Below, piece by piece: positions 49,549 through 59,335 of a stretch of DNA of 64,000 bases (position 1 is the first letter of the stretch; each line of letters begins with the position of its first letter). Under the pieces are notes generated by a model that worked only from the letters and a program-made list of their open reading frames with translations, ran no database searches and was not told the origin of the DNA. The stretch is taken from the NCBI GenBank assembly GCA_963707025.1, contig CAVPOM010000007.1, positions 416,001 through 480,000 on the forward strand. The letters run 5' to 3'. This stretch comes from an uncultured Verrucomicrobiae bacterium. GTDB taxonomy: Bacteria > Verrucomicrobiota > Verrucomicrobiia > Limisphaerales > Palsa-1400. Both the position numbers and the translations under genes were made by a program.

Positions 49549-50937
49549 ATGCGACTCTATTTGATCAATCCGACCAACCCGCTGGTCAGCAGCGTCACTG
49601 CCAAAGGAAGCTGGTGGAACCGCTACCGGGTGTGGAAACCGCTCAGCCTGATGGTGCTGGCGGGCCTGACCCCGCCGGAGTGGGAAGTGGTGATCGTGGA
49701 TGAGAACCTGGGCGCGCCGGACTACCCGGCCATGCCCCGGCCGGATTTGGTCGGCATCACGGCTTTCACTTCGCAGGCGCCGCGCGCCTATGAGGTGGCG
49801 GCTTGCTTTCGGCGGTTGGGCGTGCCGGTGATCATGGGTGGCATTCACGCCACCATGTGCCTGGAGGAAGTTCTGGCGCGGGTGGACTCGGTGGTGACGC
49901 GGGAAGCGGAGGGGATCTGGCCGCAAGTTCTGGCCGACGCCCGCCAGGGCGGTCTGAAGCGCCGCTATGACGGAGGGTTCGCCGGGATTGGCGAGTTTGC
50001 GCCCGCCCGTCATAATTTGCTGCCCGACCGATATGCCTTCGGCGCCATTCAGACGACCCGCGGCTGTCCGCTGAACTGCACTTTTTGCAGCGTGACGACC
50101 TTCAACGGAGCCCGCTACCGGCAGCGCCCCATCCCGGAGGTGGTGCGCGAATTCCAGGCCATCCGGGAGAAACGGATTTTGGTCGTGGACGACAACCTCA
50201 TCGGCACGCGCCCGGAACACATCGCCCGGGCCAAGGATCTGTTCCGCGCCCTGGCCCAAGCCAGGCTGCACAAGCAATGGATTGCCCAGGCCACCATCAA
50301 CTTCGCCGACGACGAAGAACTTCTGGCGCTGGCCGCCAAGGCCGGATGCCGCGGCGTCTTCATCGGCTTTGAGTCGCCGACGCCGGAAGGCCTGCGGGAG
50401 CTGGGCAAGAAAATCAATCTGGTCAAGGGCCGGGACTTTGCCGCGTCGGTGCGGCGCATCCAGCGGCACCGCATCCAGGTGGTGGGTTCCTTTATCATCG
50501 GTTTGGACGTGGATAAACCGGGCATCGGCCAACGGATCGCCCAGACCGCCAGCCGCTACGGGGTGGACCATCTCAACGCGCTGTTTCTGACGCCCTTGCC
50601 GGGCACTCGCCTGTGGGACCAAATGGAATCGGAAGACCGCCTGGCGCTGACGGCGTTCCCCGAGGACTGGAAATACTACACGCTGACCTTCCCGGTGGCC
50701 CGCTACAAGCACCTGTCGCTGGACGGCGTCATCCAGGAAATGATCGCCTGCAATCGGAACTTCTATTACCTGCCGCGCCTGCTCTGGCGGGTGTGGGGCA
50801 GCTTGCGGCAACGCCGCACGCCCCTGGTCAGCCTGGTGGGCAATCTGTCCTACCGTCATAACAGCCGGGTGGACCGCGGCACCTACGCCGGCTTCCAGCG
50901 TCAGTCGCGCGATTTTGCCGGGGCGAACGGAATCTAA
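49549..50937 (+). CDS. B12-binding radical SAM protein
   Basis: PLSL..LAGLTP, GGIHAT, RGCPLNCTFC (CxxxCxxC), VDDN, IGFES, LTPLPGT. Confidence 0.92.
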   Translation: MRLYLINPTNPLVSSVTAKGSWWNRYRVWKPLSLMVLAGLTPPEWEVVIVDENLGAPDYPAMPRPDLVGITAFTSQAPRAYEVAACFRRLGVPVIMGGIHATMCLEEVLARVDSVVTREAEGIWPQVLADARQGGLKRRYDGGFAGIGEFAPARHNLLPDRYAFGAIQTTRGCPLNCTFCSVTTFNGARYRQRPIPEVVREFQAIREKRILVVDDNLIGTRPEHIARAKDLFRALAQARLHKQWIAQATINFADDEELLALAAKAGCRGVFIGFESPTPEGLRELGKKINLVKGRDFAASVRRIQRHRIQVVGSFIIGLDVDKPGIGQRIAQTASRYGVDHLNALFLTPLPGTRLWDQMESEDRLALTAFPEDWKYYTLTFPVARYKHLSLDGVIQEMIACNRNFYYLPRLLWRVWGSLRQRRTPLVSLVGNLSYRHNSRVDRGTYAGFQRQSRDFAGANGI

Positions 50938-50991
50938 AAGCGGCCGCCTGCCCGGGAGAATGAACCCAATCAGAATTGAACCAAGGCCGTT

Positions 50992-53337
50992 ATGACTCCC
51001 TGGAGCACTGCCAGACCAACCCGGGCCATGATTCTAACATTGCTGGCGGCACGGTTAATCGCAGGCCCGGCCGTGACGGCGTTTGCGGAAGAATCGGGGG
51101 CGAAAGATGTGTTGACGCCAGCCGCGCCGGAATCGGTGCGGATCAGCGGGCGGCTGGGCGAGAAACTCGACCTGTGCCTGGCTCATCGAATTCTGGCGCA
51201 GGACATCGAGTCGGTGGTCGCACCCTATTGGGCCAAAACGGAAATCGGCGGCGCCGATTGGCGCTGTGAGTATTGGGGCAAGTGGTTTACGTCCCTGACG
51301 CTGGCCGACGCCTATCACTCCACGCCGGCCACGCGCGGCCTGCGCGATGAGGCGGCGCAGGCGTTGATGGCGACCGCGGCGCCGGATGGTTATCTGGGCA
51401 CGCGCGTGCCGGCCCACCGGCTGGAAGGCTGGGACGTTTGGGGATGCAAGTATGCCTTGCTTGGATTGATCGCGGATTACGACCGGACAGGCGACCCGGC
51501 GGCGCTGAGTGCGGCCCGACGACAAACCGATGTATTGATCGCCGAACTGGGCCCGGGCAAGACCAGCATCGCCGACGTCGGGGAATGGAACGGCTTGCCG
51601 GCCTCGTCGGTGCTGGAGCCGGTGGTTTTGGTTTACGAACGAACGGGCGAGAAAAAATACCTGGAATTTGCCGAACACATCGTGGCCTGCTGGGACCTGC
51701 CGTCAAAACGGATGCCGGGCGGCATGAGGCTGGTGGAAGATGCGTTGGCGGGGAAGAACCCGGCGGCGATGTGCTCCCCGAAAGCCTACGAAATGATGTC
51801 GTGCTTCGAGGGTTTGTGCGAACTCTACCGGGCCACCGGCAAACCCCAGTATCTCGAAGCGCCGATTAAACTGGCCGACGGCATCTTGCGCGAAGAAGCG
51901 ACCCTGGTGGGCGTCGGCACGCACAATGAAGTTTGGTTCGGTGGCGCCAAACAACAGACCGGCGTGGTCGAAAAGCCGATGGAGACCTGCGTGACGGTGA
52001 CGTGGATGAAGCTCTGTGACCAGCTCCTGCGCCTGACCGGCGACGCGCGGTATGCGGACGAGCTGGAGAAGAATCTCTACAACGGCCTGCTCGGGGCGAT
52101 GATGCCGGACGGGCAATGGTGGGCTTATTTTGATGGCTTGATGGGTGTGCGCGTGCCCAGTTATGTGCAACACGCCGATGTCGGGCTGAGTTGCTGCGTG
52201 GTCAACGGCCCGCGCGGGCTGATGCTGACGCCGTTCTGGGCCTTCATGCAAAGCGCCGCCGGCCCGGTCGTCAATCTTTACGCTCCCGCAACCGCGCAGG
52301 TCGGCGCCGTGAAACTGCAAATCACCGGCGACTATCCCGTGAGCGACCGCGTCGAAATCCGGGTGACGCCGGCCGGGACCGGGGAGTTCACTCTGTCCCT
52401 GCGCATCCCGGCCTGGAGTGAGCGGACGGAGCTGAAGGTGAACGGCGAGCCGCTGGCGGTTGCGCCCGGCTATGCGAAGATTCGCCGGACGTGGCATAAA
52501 GGCGACCGGGTGGCCATTACCTTCGACCTGGCGGCCAAGGTGCTTGCCTGCAATGGCCAGGTCGCGTTGCAGCGCGGCCCGGTGGTGTTGGCGCTGGACA
52601 ACCGTTTCACGCCCGCCGCCGCCGGCCGGATGACGCTGGACCGGCATCCAGAATTGAAACCGAACCCGGCTGCCGCGAAGAAGATCGGCGCCTGGATGGC
52701 GTTTGAGGTGGGCGCACTGACCTTTTGTGATTATGCCTCGGCCGGCAACGCCTTCAGTGAGCAAAATGTTTTTCGCACCTGGCTGCCGCAGCCGCTGGAT
52801 TTGGCGACCGTGTATGAGACCGGTCAGACGTGGCAGACACTTTCGCACGCCCGGACATGGACGAATCCGCCCAAGCCCCGCCCGCATGTGGAAAACCGGC
52901 GCAACGATTTGGCGCTGGCCGCCCACGGAGCCTCCGCCAGTTCGGACAGCGAGTATGCCAAGGAACCGGGCTGCACGGCCAAAGTCGTTGACGGGGTGAT
53001 TGCCACCCCCGGAGACTTTTCCAACCGCTGGCATTCGTCGCTCGACCAGCCGCACCCGCATTGGGTCGAAGTGCATCTGGCCAAGCCCGCGAAGATTTCC
53101 ACGGTGGTGATTCACTTCGCCGACCCGGCCGGTTACCCGGTCAGCTTCGAGGGCACGGTGCGGGTCAACGGCCAGGAACGTCAGGTCATCCACGTGACCG
53201 GCAACCAGCAGCCGCAAGTTTACCGGGCCAAGATTGAGCCGGTGACGACGGATGGCTTCCGATTGACCATTCGAGCCTCCGCCAATCCAGCCTACCCTAA
53301 CGCAGCCCAGATCAGTGAAATCGAACTATACCCATAA
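50992..53337 (+). CDS. GH127-like beta-L-arabinofuranosidase with C-terminal F5/8-type carbohydrate-binding domain
   Basis: EYWGKW, KAYEMMS, ETCVTVTW, SCC..NGPR, LRIPAWS, RGPVVLA. C-terminal A.ASS....DG..W.S..W.EV.L..SEIE.Y. Confidence 0.85.
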   Translation: MTPWSTARPTRAMILTLLAARLIAGPAVTAFAEESGAKDVLTPAAPESVRISGRLGEKLDLCLAHRILAQDIESVVAPYWAKTEIGGADWRCEYWGKWFTSLTLADAYHSTPATRGLRDEAAQALMATAAPDGYLGTRVPAHRLEGWDVWGCKYALLGLIADYDRTGDPAALSAARRQTDVLIAELGPGKTSIADVGEWNGLPASSVLEPVVLVYERTGEKKYLEFAEHIVACWDLPSKRMPGGMRLVEDALAGKNPAAMCSPKAYEMMSCFEGLCELYRATGKPQYLEAPIKLADGILREEATLVGVGTHNEVWFGGAKQQTGVVEKPMETCVTVTWMKLCDQLLRLTGDARYADELEKNLYNGLLGAMMPDGQWWAYFDGLMGVRVPSYVQHADVGLSCCVVNGPRGLMLTPFWAFMQSAAGPVVNLYAPATAQVGAVKLQITGDYPVSDRVEIRVTPAGTGEFTLSLRIPAWSERTELKVNGEPLAVAPGYAKIRRTWHKGDRVAITFDLAAKVLACNGQVALQRGPVVLALDNRFTPAAAGRMTLDRHPELKPNPAAAKKIGAWMAFEVGALTFCDYASAGNAFSEQNVFRTWLPQPLDLATVYETGQTWQTLSHARTWTNPPKPRPHVENRRNDLALAAHGASASSDSEYAKEPGCTAKVVDGVIATPGDFSNRWHSSLDQPHPHWVEVHLAKPAKISTVVIHFADPAGYPVSFEGTVRVNGQERQVIHVTGNQQPQVYRAKIEPVTTDGFRLTIRASANPAYPNAAQISEIELYP

Positions 53338-53635
53338 AAAGAGTCCATTTGCCGTGCTGGAACACCGACGACATCCCGCGGTCTGGCTGCGGCGCATTTC
53401 ACTTGTGATGGCGCTGCTCAGACTCGGGCAGGGTTTAAGTGATTCAAAGGATTGAAAACTGGTCATTGAGAATTGGTCATTTGTCATCGGAAACCGACCA
53501 ACGTTCTTCCGATAACCAATAACAAATCTTCGATTGCCAATTCTCCATCGAGAGGTCCCAAATCATAAACGTTTTACTTGGCCGGCGGGACTTGCCCAAA
53601 AAAGTGAAACGCGCCCTCTGGCTTTTCAATTAGTG

Positions 53636-53725
53636 GGTAGTGCCTTGATTTGGAGTAGAGCCGAGCGTGTGGCGCGACTTCGGCGCACAGCGCCGACACT
53701 ACAACAACGAAATTAAGGAGTTGGC
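53636..53725. mobile_element. MITE family B, degenerate copy 2
   Basis: GGTAGTGCCTTGATTTGGAGTAG...CGACTTCGGCGCACAGCGCCGACACTACAACAACGAAATTAAGG is nearly identical to 49271-49353. Right TIR decayed. Confidence 0.75.
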
Positions 53726-54759
53726 GGGACCGGTGCCGCCCCGGGTTTATACGTTGCGGTTATTTTTACATCGGAGGACGGCATGGTGAAAGTCGCTGCC
53801 GGATTATTGACGGCAGCGATAACGGCGGATCCGGAAGAGACAACCCACTTGTCAAATGACTTCCCGGCCGGGGCCATGTTGGCCGTGAGGCTGACCATCG
53901 TCTCAGGCAGGTAGGGACCGGTGCCGGTTCCACCATCCACCGCGCAGACACAGGCTGTTGCATCCACCCACTGCCAGGTTCGGATATAATCAACTTCAAA
54001 TTTCATGGGGAACTCGGTGGCGGACGGGTCTCCTCCCGTTTGCCCGATGGCCAGATTGACCCGCATGTATTGCGGTGCTTTAAATGGATTGGCGCCGTTT
54101 GGCCCGGTGCCATCAGCGTTGGTTAAAAGGTAATGGTTCACCAACCGTCCATCCAAGGAGAGGTCTATCTTGGTCGCATCCCATTCCATGATCCAGGTAT
54201 GGAATTGGGAAGCCCAGGCCGCGCCACCCAAAGCCTTGGCGGAAAGGGTTGGATTGGCCCACCCCCTTTTTCCGTTCATGACGTTGAACAACAGCTTGTC
54301 GGTGTAGTATTCCATCATGTCAATTTCACCGCCGGCGGGCCAGCCTCCCGAAACCCCCGTGGTCCACCAGGCCGGCCAGCTTCCCGAACGAATGTCAATG
54401 CGGCCTCGCATCTCGAACCGGCCGTATAACCAGGATTTCAGTCCAATGGTGCTGATGGCGGCGGAAGTGTATTGGTTTGTTCCCACCCGTTTGGCCTCAA
54501 GGACAAGAAGGCCGTTGGTGCAATCACCATTGGCCCGATCCAATCTGGCGTCGCGCACCATGGAGCCGCCGCCGTCCCATTTCCACACGTTGCTCACAAT
54601 CGGAGTGCCGGTCCGGTCGAATTCATCGCTCCAGGTGAATTGCCAGCCGCCCGCGGCCGCAGCCGCACCAATGGGGTTGAGGGTAACTGCCATGGCACAA
54701 AGTTCCACAAGCCGAATCATAAGCCGTCTTGATATGCTGCAAGAATAGCGCGTCTTCAT
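53713..54759 (-). CDS. Secreted GH16 glycoside hydrolase with C-terminal small beta repeat domain
   Basis: WSDEFD, YGRFEMR, WPAWW, WPAGGEIDMME (ExDxxE), NLAIG, VDYIR. Confidence 0.9.
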   Translation of the reverse strand: MKTRYSCSISRRLMIRLVELCAMAVTLNPIGAAAAAGGWQFTWSDEFDRTGTPIVSNVWKWDGGGSMVRDARLDRANGDCTNGLLVLEAKRVGTNQYTSAAISTIGLKSWLYGRFEMRGRIDIRSGSWPAWWTTGVSGGWPAGGEIDMMEYYTDKLLFNVMNGKRGWANPTLSAKALGGAAWASQFHTWIMEWDATKIDLSLDGRLVNHYLLTNADGTGPNGANPFKAPQYMRVNLAIGQTGGDPSATEFPMKFEVDYIRTWQWVDATACVCAVDGGTGTGPYLPETMVSLTANMAPAGKSFDKWVVSSGSAVIAAVNNPAATFTMPSSDVKITATYKPGAAPVPPTP

Positions 54760-54890
54760 GGTATGCTCCTTCGTTCATGCGGTTGGCAATGGGGCGACGA
54801 TAAGGCATCGAGCAGACCCAATCAACCACCAATGGGCAGCGGCGCCGGTCGAGTCGCACCAAAGCATCCGTTGACGGTTTCCCGCCATCG

Positions 54891-55364
54891 TTAGAGGGCG
54901 GCCAGCACTTCCTCCCAGTGCTCGGCGACTTTCACCTTCGGCCAGATCTTCTTGATCTTCCCGTCCGGCCCGATCAAAAACGTGGCCCGTGCCGTCCCAA
55001 CATATTGTAAGCCCATGAAAGTCCGCGGCCCCCAGACGCCGTAAGCCTCGACTATCTTTTTGTCCTCATCCGCCAGCAAGGTGAAGGGCAGCTTGTGCTT
55101 CTCCACGAATTTGTCGTGCGACTGCACTGTGTCCGTGCTCACGCCCAGAACGACCGCCCCTTTCTTTTTGAATTCGGCCCAGTGATCCCGAAAGGCGCAG
55201 GCTTCCCTGGTGCAACCCGGCGTATTATCTTTCGGGTAAAAATAAAGAATCACATTCTTCCCCTTGTAATCCGAGAGCGAAATCCTCCCTTGGCCATTGG
55301 TTGCCGCGGTGAACGATGGAGCGATGTCGCCTTCCTTGAGTTTCAATTGCAATGCATTGGCCAT
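54891..55364 (-). CDS. bcp: Peroxiredoxin BCP
   Basis: LYFYPKDNTPGCTREACAFRD. Confidence 0.95.
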   Translation of the reverse strand: MANALQLKLKEGDIAPSFTAATNGQGRISLSDYKGKNVILYFYPKDNTPGCTREACAFRDHWAEFKKKGAVVLGVSTDTVQSHDKFVEKHKLPFTLLADEDKKIVEAYGVWGPRTFMGLQYVGTARATFLIGPDGKIKKIWPKVKVAEHWEEVLAAL

Positions 55365-55557
55365 AGTGAGCGGCACTCTGTCCCAATCGCGAGTCCATTT
55401 CAACAATGCAAAGCGAGGATGTCCCGCTTCCCTTGATGGTTTCTTGCGCTGGGATCATGTCGGGCATAAGGTGAGAGCACCCCTTGGAGCGAAGCCTCGC
55501 CGGATATAATCATTTGCATCCAATCCGCAGGAACCCCAGCACGCAGCGCCGACAGGC

Positions 55558-55740
55558 GGGCGCGTCTTGACACTGCTGCCGGCGGAGTGCGGCCGTCCCC
55601 GGCCGCAGCAAGCCAGGGATTGTTTGGGTGCTCAGGAAAATCACCGCCGCGCCTTGTTTTCCACGCTGCTGCGCCCGAGGACGGGCGCACTCCTGTGGCA
55701 GTCTTGCGACTGACGCCGGTAGCAGCGTCAAGATGCGCCC
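55558..55740. mobile_element. 183-bp MITE family C with 27-bp TIR and 9-bp target-site duplication
   Basis: TIRs 55558-55584 and 55714-55740 match 24/27. CCGACAGGC at 55549-55557 and 55741-55749. Internal GGAGTGCG...CGCACTCC hairpin pair. Confidence 0.88.
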
Positions 55741-55801
55741 CCGACAGGCCAATACGCGAGCTTCCATTGCGGCCGGCAACGATGTAAAAAACCCTTCAAA
55801 C

Positions 55802-58800
55802 ATGCCGAAACACCTTTCACTGGAAGAATGGATTTCAAAGAAGGCGGCCGTGTTTGCGGCCCAGACCAAGGCGGCGGCGGCGCTGGCATCCCTGCTGGTC
55901 GCCGCACACGGTGTGGCCAATGCCCAGACCGTGGCGCGGTGGTCCTGGCAGGAACCGCAGGCGAAGGTGCGGCCAACCGGCGATCTGGAGTGGGCGCCAA
56001 AGACCTTCGCGTTCAAGCCAGGCCAGTCGGTTCGCTACATTGATTTCCAGTCCGGCAACGACGCCAACGACGGCCTCTCAAAGCAGACGCCTTGGAAGCA
56101 CCACCCCTGGGACCCCGAGGCCGTCGCCGCGGCGGCGGCCTGCAAGGGCGTGCATACCTACATCTTCAAACAGGGCGTGGACTACCGCGGCGAGATGAAC
56201 GCGCATGAGTCGGGGACGGCGGACGCCCCCATCCTCCTGACCCGGGACCCGTCCTGGGGCGAAGGGCCGGCGGTCATCTGCGGTTCGGAGGCGGTGACGG
56301 GCTGGCAGAAGGGCGCCGACAACAACCTCATCCCGGAGCCGGAGAAGGTCTGGCACGTGGACCTCGACTGGGCGCCGCGCACCGTTTGGATGGTCGGCCG
56401 GGACGGCGCCGTGACGCGCATCGCCCTGGCCCGCACACCCAACTGGACGATCAGCGACCCGGACGATATCCAGAGCGAGTGGTGGACCTGGAAGAACCCG
56501 GACAAGCCGTTTGACAACTACGCCACGATCAACGGCGAGCGGCGGCATTTGGCGTTCGACAAGGACGACATCAACCAGAGCAAGCCGCAGAATTACTACG
56601 AGGGCGCCATCGTCTGGACCACCAAGGGCTGGGTGATGGGGAACCCCTTCCCGGCCAGGGTCCTGGCAGTGGACCGCCAGAACGGCTCGCTCGTCTTCCC
56701 CGGCCAGTGGGGCGGCGCACCGTCCTACAAGATCATCCGCGGCTGCCGCTTCTATCTGGAAGACAAACCCCAGTATCTGGACAGCCCGGGCGAGTTCTGG
56801 TTCGACAAGAAGGGACAAGGCGGCCGGCTCTACCTCCGCCTGCCCGGCGACCAGGACCCCAACCTTGTCCGGGTCGAGGTGGCGCAAGCGGATCCACATG
56901 ATCGAAAGCTCGCGGCATGAGCCATGTGCGCATCAATGGGCTTGCCTTTCGCTTCAGCAATGTTTACTGGAACCTGACCGCCGCCCCTTACTGGGTCTCC
57001 CATGAGAGCATTGACGTGCAACCCGGCTGCGTGCGCCTGTTGGGCAGCGGCACGGACATCGCGGTGACGCACTGCATCTTCGAGCACGTCCACAAGGGCG
57101 TCCGCCTCAAGGCCACGGGCCGGCACGATGCCATTGACCAGGTGGTCGTTGAGGACAACGTGTTCTCCGATGCGGACTCCGGAGGGGTGGAGATCGCAGA
57201 CAGTTCAACTTACGGGGACGTGGCGCCCCCGATGGGCCGCCTCTACGATGTCCGCGTGCTGCGCAACAAGTTCGACCACATCGGCCTCCGTCCCGACCTC
57301 TTCAGCCAGGGCGAGGCGGTGGAAATTGATTACGCCCAGACTGCGGAGGTGGCCGGGAACTTCTGTCGATCGGATTTGCGCCCAGGGGATTGATGTTCAT
57401 GGCGCCAAGCCGAGCGGCGCCGCCACCGACCGCCCTTTCGCCCGCCTTCTCATCCACCACAACAAAGTGGTTGATTCGCTGATCAACGTGGACGATTTCG
57501 GCGGCATCGAGACCTGGCAGGGCGGCCCGGCCTACGTCTATGACAACATCTCCGGCAATCCCGGCGGCTACCGCAACTGGGATCATGTATTGAACCCCAA
57601 TACGGAGGACCGCTTCGGCCACGCCTATTACCTGGACGGCGCTTTCAAGAACTACCACTTCAACAACATCGCCTGGGGCAAGTCCAAGGGCCCGGCCGGC
57701 AAGCTGGCCAACACCTCCGCCTTCCAGGAGATCATCAGTTACCAGAACACCTTCTTCAACAACACCATCTACAACTTCGTGCGCGGCTCGCGCCGGCAGG
57801 ACCCCAGGCCGGCCGTGTCAAGTTCCTGGGCAACCTTTGGCAGAGCATGGGCCTGCGCGTCTTCCGCGATGCCGATCCGGCGGCCAGCGAGGCCGCCGGC
57901 AACAAGGCCGCCGCCGGAGCCAGCCGCAGCCAATACGCCATAGAGACCGATGCTTACGCCCGCAATGTTTTCTACGACTCGGGGGAGAGCTTCGGCGTTT
58001 TCGAGCCTTCCGGGCGCTGGCACAAGACGCTCCAGTCCTTCCAGGAAGCCTTGGCGGCCTACCAACCGCTGGCTGCGACCGTGGGTGTCATGGCGGAGCA
58101 GCCGCCCTTGCGCGATCCAGCCGCTCACGACTTCCGGCCGTCCAGCCAGCTCGGCGGCCCGCGGGCTGGGCGCCAAGGTGTTCGTGCCGTGGAGCCTCTT
58201 CGAGACGGTGGCCGAATGGAACTTCTGCCCCATCCCAGGCGATCCGGCGCGTATCCTCGACGAGCACTGGTGCATGTCCCCCTGCTACACGGCGCGTGAG
58301 AACTACTACAAGTTCCCCACCTATCCGCTCAAGGCCGTCAATGTCACCCTGCAAGACTACCAGAACGGCCCGCTGGAGAACTGGACCACCGGCGCCCTGC
58401 GCTTCAACGGGCGCGACCAATACGCCGTCCTCAGCAATGCGGACATCACCCGCCCGGTCACCATGGAGGGCCAGAGGGGCGCCCAGGAGCGCACCGTCAG
58501 CGGCGCGGACTTGAGTAACCCTCAGATCTACGCTTCGAGCTTTCTGATAGAGGTTTACTTCAAAATGTCGCCAGGACAAAAGGATGCGACGCTGCTGCAA
58601 AAGATGGACGACACCGGCTACTTCCTGCATGTCAACGCGGCGGGAGGCGTGATTTTGGCAGCGAAGGCGGTTGGCGCCAAAGCGAGCCTGTCCAGCCACA
58701 GCCCAGTCAACGACGGCAACTGGCACCACGTCATAGCCGAGGCGGACCGCACAGCAGGAACTTTCACAATCTACCTCGATGGCAACATAGACGCCCGCGG

Positions 58801-59045
58801 GCCTGGCCTCGGCGCGGACGTTCTCGCTGGCCAACGAGGCCGACCTCTATGTGGGCGGCACGCCGCAGGGGCACAACCTGGACGGTATGATTGACTTCCT
58901 GCGCATCGCCCGCGGCACCCTGGCCGACGCAAAGACGACCATTGCTGAACTCTATGCGTGGGAGTTCGACGGGCCCTTCCTTTACGACTTCACCGGCCGA
59001 AAGCGTCCAGCCGATGGCGGAGAGGCTGGCGCCATTGACGAATAA
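55802..59045 (+). CDS. Large secreted right-handed beta-helix plus LamG-like protein, broken by about six indels
   Basis: YIDF.SGND.NDG.S..PWK, LDSPGEFW, DDFGGIE, YLDG, DG.WHHV, G.IDFLRI across successive frames. Shifts near 56885, 56910, 57365, 57802, 58144, 58823. Confidence 0.72.
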
Positions 59046-59103
59046 CTCGTCAGAGTCAGATCATATTGGCAGCGAGTTTTGACGCAACTGGTTGCAAATA
59101 AAA

Positions 59104-59180
59104 TGGTGCCAGCGACTGGAATCGAACCAGTGACCTCGGGCTTATGAGTCCCACGCTCTAACCAACTGAGCTACGCTGGC
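59104..59180 (-). tRNA. tRNA with CAT anticodon, probably elongator Met (Ile2 not excluded)
   Basis: GCCAGCGTAGCTCAGTTGGTTAGAGCGTGGGACTCATAAGCCCGAGGTCACTGGTTCGATTCCAGTCGCTGGCACCA. Paired G1-C72, so not initiator. Confidence 0.95.
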
Positions 59181-59335
59181 CTGCCGGCCGATTATCATTC
59201 AGGCCGCGGGCGGGAACTGTCAAACCCATTCTTCCGGGGGGTTTGCCGGGGCGCCTCTTGCGACGGCCGCCCTTGCCAGCACGAACCCCCCCCCGGCCCC
59301 GGCCTGGCGGGGCGGGGGAATTGGCCAATGGCGCG

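Noticed and set aside
53455..53550. TGGTCATT-type short repeats with a loose inverted counterpart
   Set aside because: Low-complexity intergenic repeat with no further structure I can support
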